DNA of 64,000 nt, taken from NCBI GenBank assembly GCA_047602425.1, contig JASGHG010000001.1:640001-704000 (forward strand). The letters run 5' to 3'. The notes under the pieces were generated by a model. It searched no databases and had not been told where the DNA came from. It was given only the letters and a program-made list of their open reading frames with translations. Each line of letters opens with the position of its first letter. Position 1 is the stretch's first letter. A program made the translations under genes and the position numbers. This document shows, piece after piece, positions 60,801-64,000 of the stretch. The stretch is from Nibricoccus sp. (GTDB lineage Bacteria; Verrucomicrobiota; Verrucomicrobiia; Opitutales; Opitutaceae).

Positions 60801-62001
60801 GGACGGCACGCTGTTCACCTTTGGAAACAATAACTCGGGCCAACTCGGCGACGGCACCAGTCAAAATCTCCGTCCATCGCCAACCAAGATCACCACCAAC
60901 ATCGCTGCTGTCTCCGGAGGAGCTTTGCACAGCCTCATGCTGAAAACCGACGGCTCGCTTCTGGCCACTGGCCACAATTTTTATGGGGAGCTTGGCGATG
61001 GTTCGACGATGGATAAAACCCGCCCGGTCCAAGTCGCCACCGACGTCCAGTCCTGCGCAGCCGGGAGCAGTCACAGTGTCTTTGTGAAATCGGATGGCTC
61101 CCTCTGGGGCATGGGTTTCAACTACGACGGCGAACTGGGCGATGGCACCCTCTCGCCACGCTCCAGCCCTGTCCAGATCGCTGGTTCCTTCCTTGCGGCC
61201 GCAGCCGGAGCTTCACATAGCCTCTTTTTAAAAGACGACCACACCGCCTGGTCGACCGGCGTCAACTTATATGGACAACTTGGAGACAGAACCAGCACCT
61301 CGCGATTCACACCCGTCTCAGTCCTCGCCAACACCCAAGCCATGGCCGGAGGACAATATCACAGCCTCTGGCTAAAAATGGACCACACCCTCTGGGGTTG
61401 TGGCGACGGTACTTCCGGGCAATTGGGCACTGGCGCTACCAACATTCAGCCCTCCGCCCCCATTGTCCTCGCATCGAATGTCGAGTCGGTCTTTGCAGGC
61501 AGCACTCATACCCTCTTCATCGCCAATGGCGACATCCGCACGACACCTCCACCTATTCCCACTGTAGTCAGTTTCACACCGACAAAATTCACCGCTGGCA
61601 GCAACGTAACCATTTCGTGCGCAGGTTTGGGCAGTAACCCCGTGTTCTACTTCAACGGCGTGGAAGCGGCCGCCACCTATGTCACCTACAATCCCAGCGT
61701 GTTCACTGCCACTGCTCCCGCCAACCTCACCGAAGGTAAAATCACGATCAGCACAGTGGACGGCTATGGCCTCAGTTCCACCAGCTACACCGTCGGCAGC
61801 GATTCCTCTTCATCTTCCTCCAGTAGTTCCAGTTCGTCGGGTAGTGGTTCGTCATCCTCGAGCTCCGGGTCCCCGCAGCCTCCGGCTCCGAATCCAGGCG
61901 GTGGCGGTGGTGGTGGAGGCGCTCCCGGTCTAGCCTACTTGGTCGCACTCGCCGTTGCAGGTGTAGCCCGTGGTTTTTCACTCTGGGCTCGCCGACGTTG
62001 A
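54817..62001 (+). CDS. Giant M36 (fungalysin) metallopeptidase: propeptide, M36, BACON/Ig domains, 14 RCC1-like repeats, IPT, Ser linker, GlyGly-CTERM-like anchor
   Basis: TRGNNV, LGFTEAAGNFQ, NANFSTPPDG..RMQMY, HEYTH (56362-56376), GMGEGWSD; repeats HTLFIKTDGxLW..GQLGDG; tail GGGGGGGAPGLAYLVALAV..RRR. Confidence 0.92.
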   Translation: MTTNLGEGTGLVRIAILALGLAVASVPALVADEMNRRNEALPNFDARVLSDSSEVKAKADTTGAPKAAAIKMLRDRVRNLQVDRDAVTGSPAFIRSTDFFLTGPAGRGGATNDAQLQAIPVGDPNRTVKAFIDSNADVFGHNSFVLQGTRVRRDYATAHNHTRTIVLEQQLGGIPVFEAFLQAHFTEKDELINISSTLMADPTAAVQNGALDAASRQGTPKIAAVTAVVAAARNIAESITELDLSTASAPVGANFVQRFNATALSDISVSLTWLPLNSSSLRLSWEVLLFSKRQNAMYRVLVDAVSGECLVRHCLTDDISPATYNVFTGDNPSPFSPGYSVPTSTQPSTVSRTRVTLSALDTTASPNGWIDDGITETRGNNVNAHTDINADNQPDLPLPQSSGSDRVFDFPLDLAKSPDTYKDAAVVNLFYWCNWMHDRLYQLGFTEAAGNFQNNNFGRGGIGNDAVQADAQDGSGRDNANFSTPPDGQPGRMQMYIFSSPTPNRDGDLDAEIILHEYTHGLSNRLVGGGVGLSALQSRGMGEGWSDFYALTLLSQPGDDINGCYASGAYASYLLDGSYDQNYYYGIRRYPYTTDISKNPLTFKDIDPTQASAHTGVPRSPIIGNTANEVHNMGEVWCVTLWEARANLIAKHGYATGNQLILQLVTDGMKLAPANPTFLQARDAILQADLVNNAGANKNALWAAFAKRGLGADAFSPASSTSTGVAEDYNLLDDLALTPVTATTATGPIGGPFSPVDQTFTLTNIGTTTLTWAVSKTQNWLTLSPSSGSLAPGASVSVVASINTTARSLTANTFTETLSFTNSSSSAVRIRKITLDIQPPRIAIFPLDSNPGWATSGEWDFGRPTGQGGVYGFPDPSSGATGANVFGVNLNGNYSTAYGDPYYLTAGPFNFTGITGVRLQFQRWLNSDYQPWVYDTVEVSNDGTTWTELWNNGTVPITDSKWAKYQYTMAAVADNQPTVYVRWGYRIGRTSGAFPLSGWNIDDIELLGTPAIAATPNVTITPSTTSLPLGKTASFTVTATCSANLGEVGLEACDSSGTPTAVLNTTTLSAQYTGQTYTWTPTVAGTYYFRGYAKDASLSQTVRTVPITTVTVAPQIEPPSFSPPAGSYTSAQSITISTASTGASIRYTSDGTTPTATTGTLYTGPIAIANTTTLKAIAYGNGMLDSQTSTATYKILIPPNNLATVSDRTVQAGGTASFVGSASGYPPPTIKWQLSLDGGISWSDLTNTAPYSGAGSPQLVVSSVPLSLSGSQYRFVAINSQGTGVSNVATLTVTPTTSGPPVFSIQPPDTTALESTVLNLYGSATSSTAITYQWYKDDIVIPNATLPSFAKTAPNSTDSGTYKLAATNAAGTTFSRNATVVITPATPPVFVVQPISPHAYAGDDLTLIASAAAQPSATYQWYKNGAAISGATTNTLVLLNLSAANDGEVYTVKATNVAGTATSNEATLTVYAADSGKALGIAPATRTVGPGRVVYPITLRSNNTWTATTNVKWIALSLTSGKYSRTLEVTVYPNPFPVERTATITIGQQTHTLTQRAAGTPIRELWATGANDFGQLGDYRVPPLIYPGKFDNSVQAVAAGMDHTLYVKTDGTLWVTGSNLLGQLGTGLIIDQAFPTQIATNVKAVAAGYYFSLFLKKDGTLWGCGDTSKGQLGTSAQLNYPRPVQFASNVTAIAAGSYQTYFIKTDGTLWGCGFNNYGQLGDGTKTDRSTPMQIATDVVSVASGFGHALFVKSDGTLWSMGYNSSGQLGDGTQTNRSTPYQVATDVATVACGNYHTLFVKTDGSLWVMGYNAYGQLGDGSFANRLTPISITTNVQSVACGKYHSIFIKTDGSLWTTGEDFYYKLGDGRTTSQPTPVNVATNAQLAAAGQNHTLFIKTDGTLWAVGANNKGQLGYASPGMELRATPICIASEVLTAAAGDNHTLYIKTDNTCWTVGENSAGQLGDGSTLVRCDPAQIDNNAKAVSAGLNHSLLLKSDGTLFTFGNNNSGQLGDGTSQNLRPSPTKITTNIAAVSGGALHSLMLKTDGSLLATGHNFYGELGDGSTMDKTRPVQVATDVQSCAAGSSHSVFVKSDGSLWGMGFNYDGELGDGTLSPRSSPVQIAGSFLAAAAGASHSLFLKDDHTAWSTGVNLYGQLGDRTSTSRFTPVSVLANTQAMAGGQYHSLWLKMDHTLWGCGDGTSGQLGTGATNIQPSAPIVLASNVESVFAGSTHTLFIANGDIRTTPPPIPTVVSFTPTKFTAGSNVTISCAGLGSNPVFYFNGVEAAATYVTYNPSVFTATAPANLTEGKITISTVDGYGLSSTSYTVGSDSSSSSSSSSSSSGSGSSSSSSGSPQPPAPNPGGGGGGGGAPGLAYLVALAVAGVARGFSLWARRR

Positions 62002-62006
62002 TCCTG

Positions 62007-62042
62007 CGCGCATGGTGGAAGCTCACCTTCTTTCCATGCGCG
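62007..62042 (+). terminator. Stem-loop after the M36 gene
   Basis: cgcgcatgg...ccatgcgcg immediately after the stop; no U tract. Confidence 0.45.
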
Positions 62043-62430
62043 AATAGGGCGCTGGTTATGTTGATTGGTTCTGCCATCGAACGCGCACAGAAAAATTCAG
62101 TCACAGGGCACGCCTCATCCAATCCATTGTCGTCAGCGCCGCGCCCGTTCAAAACGCCGTTTGTGCTGCTCGTGCCTGCGCGCCGATCGAAACTAAAACA
62201 GCCGTCCGCGGCAAACAACCGTGCGGGATAGGTCGTCCTTCCGCCAACCTCCCACTTCCGACACGATTCTCCTCCAGAGGTCCCTGGGCATTTTATCGTG
62301 GGTATTCCCGGCCTAGTCCGATTAGTATATCTTCACAACGCAATCATTTACCTAATATTCCATCTATAGAGTAGTTTGGTAGGTACAAAGCCCCTCTGCG
62401 GGAGCAGTGTTTTCACGTTCTATCCAGCAA

Positions 62431-64000
62431 ATGAATATCTCCTTGGGTGAGGGAAAACGTAGTTGCCTCGCAATTCTGGCTTTGAGCCTGGCCGCTTTCG
62501 GCGCGCCGATTTTGAACGCCGCCGAAAAAGACACCATATACAAGGCCCTGCCGAATTTCGACCTAAGGTCCGAAGCCACCGCCGGTCAGGCCACAGCCAG
62601 AGCCGAAACCATGGAAGGCACCAAGACAACAGCAGCTGTCGAGGCACTCAAAAGCCGCGTGAGCAAAGTTCAGGTCGATCATCACGCCATTACTGGGGCC
62701 CCCTCCTTCATTCGCTCGACCGACCATTTCCTTACCGGACCTGCCAGCCGAGGAAGCGCCGGCAGCAACGCTCCTCTCCAAGCTATTCCCACCAGCGATC
62801 CATACCTTCCGATAAAGGCGTTCATCGACGGGAATCCCGAGCTCTTCGGTCATTCCTCCTCCCTGCTCGCCGGCACTCGCACCCGCCGCGACTATGTCAC
62901 CCCGCATAGCCGAACCAGAACTGTCGTATTGGAACAAGTTTTCAACAACATCCCCGTCTTCGAGGCGACGCTCCAGACCAGTCTCACCCATAACGACGAA
63001 CTCATTAACATCTCCAGTTCGCTCCTCGCCGATCCCGCCCAAGCCGTCAAAACCGGCACCCCCGAAACCTCCGCGCGTCAAGGCACGCCAACGATCGCCG
63101 CCGTCGCAGCCATCGTTGCCGCCGCCGCCAACATCGGTGAAGTCATCAACGAACTCGACCTCACCCGCACCAGCGCCACCGTCGGCAACGAACAACTCCA
63201 GCGGTTCCACGCCATTCGACTCGGCGACACCAAAGCCAGCCTGACTTGGCTCCCGATGAACGCCTCCTCTCTGCGCCTCTGCTGGCAGGTCGAGCTCACC
63301 AGCAAGACCCAGGGTGCCATGTACCGTCTCCTCATCGACGCCATCACCGGCGACGCCCTTCTCCGCCACTGCCTCACCGAGGATATCTCCCCCGCCTCCT
63401 ACAACGTCTATTCCGCCGGCAGCCCATCGCCGTTCATGCCCGGTCATTCCACACCTTCCAACGTCCAGCCCACCGTCGTCCCTCGCACGCTCGTCACCCT
63501 CTCCGCCCTCGATACCACCGCCTCCCCCAACGGCTGGATCGACGACGGAATCACCGAAACCCGCGGCAACAACGTCGACTCCCACGCCGATGCCAACGCC
63601 GACGACGCCCCCGACCTCCCACGCCCGCAATCCACCGGCGCCAACCGCGTTTTTAATCCCGCCCTCGACCTGAACCAATCACCATCGACCTACAAGGATG
63701 CCGCCGTCGTCAACCTTTTCTACTGGTGCAATTGGATGCACGACCGCCTCTACCAGCTCGGCTTCACCGAGGCTGCCGGCAACTTCCAAAACGACAACTT
63801 CGGCCGCGGCGGTCTCGGCAATGACGCCGTCCAAGCCGACGCCCAGGATGGCTCCGGCACCAACAACGCCAACTTCTCCACCCCTTCCGATGGCTCCCCC
63901 GGACGCATGCAGATGTTCATCTTCAATTACGCCGCGCCCAACCGCGATGGTGACTTCGACTCCGAAATCGTCCTCCACGAATACACTCATGGCCTCTCCA
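62431..64000 (+). CDS. Second M36 metallopeptidase paralogue, truncated by the window end (absent from the ORF track)
   Basis: ATG 62431 gives MNISLGEGKRSCLAILAL..ALPNFD; the same frame at the window end reads EIVLHEYTHGLS; closely parallels 54817-56390. Confidence 0.92.
   Translation, partial: MNISLGEGKRSCLAILALSLAAFGAPILNAAEKDTIYKALPNFDLRSEATAGQATARAETMEGTKTTAAVEALKSRVSKVQVDHHAITGAPSFIRSTDHFLTGPASRGSAGSNAPLQAIPTSDPYLPIKAFIDGNPELFGHSSSLLAGTRTRRDYVTPHSRTRTVVLEQVFNNIPVFEATLQTSLTHNDELINISSSLLADPAQAVKTGTPETSARQGTPTIAAVAAIVAAAANIGEVINELDLTRTSATVGNEQLQRFHAIRLGDTKASLTWLPMNASSLRLCWQVELTSKTQGAMYRLLIDAITGDALLRHCLTEDISPASYNVYSAGSPSPFMPGHSTPSNVQPTVVPRTLVTLSALDTTASPNGWIDDGITETRGNNVDSHADANADDAPDLPRPQSTGANRVFNPALDLNQSPSTYKDAAVVNLFYWCNWMHDRLYQLGFTEAAGNFQNDNFGRGGLGNDAVQADAQDGSGTNNANFSTPSDGSPGRMQMFIFNYAAPNRDGDFDSEIVLHEYTHGLS

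Noticed and set aside
59500..61530. Periodic DNA repeats as a CRISPR array or DGR target
   Set aside because: They are in-frame, degenerate protein (RCC1-like) repeats; no cas or reverse transcriptase gene and no identical repeat-spacer pattern

Overview
A GC-rich bacterial chromosome segment, most likely from an Opitutaceae (Verrucomicrobiota) genome. This is inferred from a VPDSG-type PEP-CTERM gene, WAxxDPxA repeat proteins, an MDDAELLRR-type ECF N-terminus and many starts without a Shine-Dalgarno. In order, it contains: (1) a five-gene alpha-E / transglutaminase / DUF2126 / circularly permuted ATP-grasp operon; (2) a chemoreceptor, a cNMP-CBS-DUF294 nucleotidyltransferase with a DEDDh exonuclease, a BASS transporter, an S8 protease, a GT2, metY, a succinate/acetate CoA-transferase, an OFA-type MFS, yjbQ and a second, c-heme chemoreceptor; (3) a secreted GH5-polySer-CBM64 enzyme, a CPA2 antiporter, a VPDSG-CTERM protein with a candidate sigma54 promoter, and two giant pectin lyases (PL1-like and PL4) that share an unexplained ~430-aa C-terminal tail; (4) a serine hydrolase, a YdeI-like gene, an OMP/ECF sigma/anti-sigma set, a TPR-transglutaminase-like protein, an AT-richer Tse2/Tsi2-like toxin-immunity pair whose toxin is truncated in the ORF track, aspS, a degenerate histidine kinase, an amino acid permease and two tandem M36 metalloprotease paralogues, the second running off the window end. 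No rRNA, tRNA, CRISPR array, transposase or integrase was seen. The best leads are the shared lyase tail, the orphan toxin-immunity pair with a non-ATG start, the peptide-ligase/transglutaminase operon and a family of 27-bp palindromes. All family assignments come from motif recognition, not database searches.
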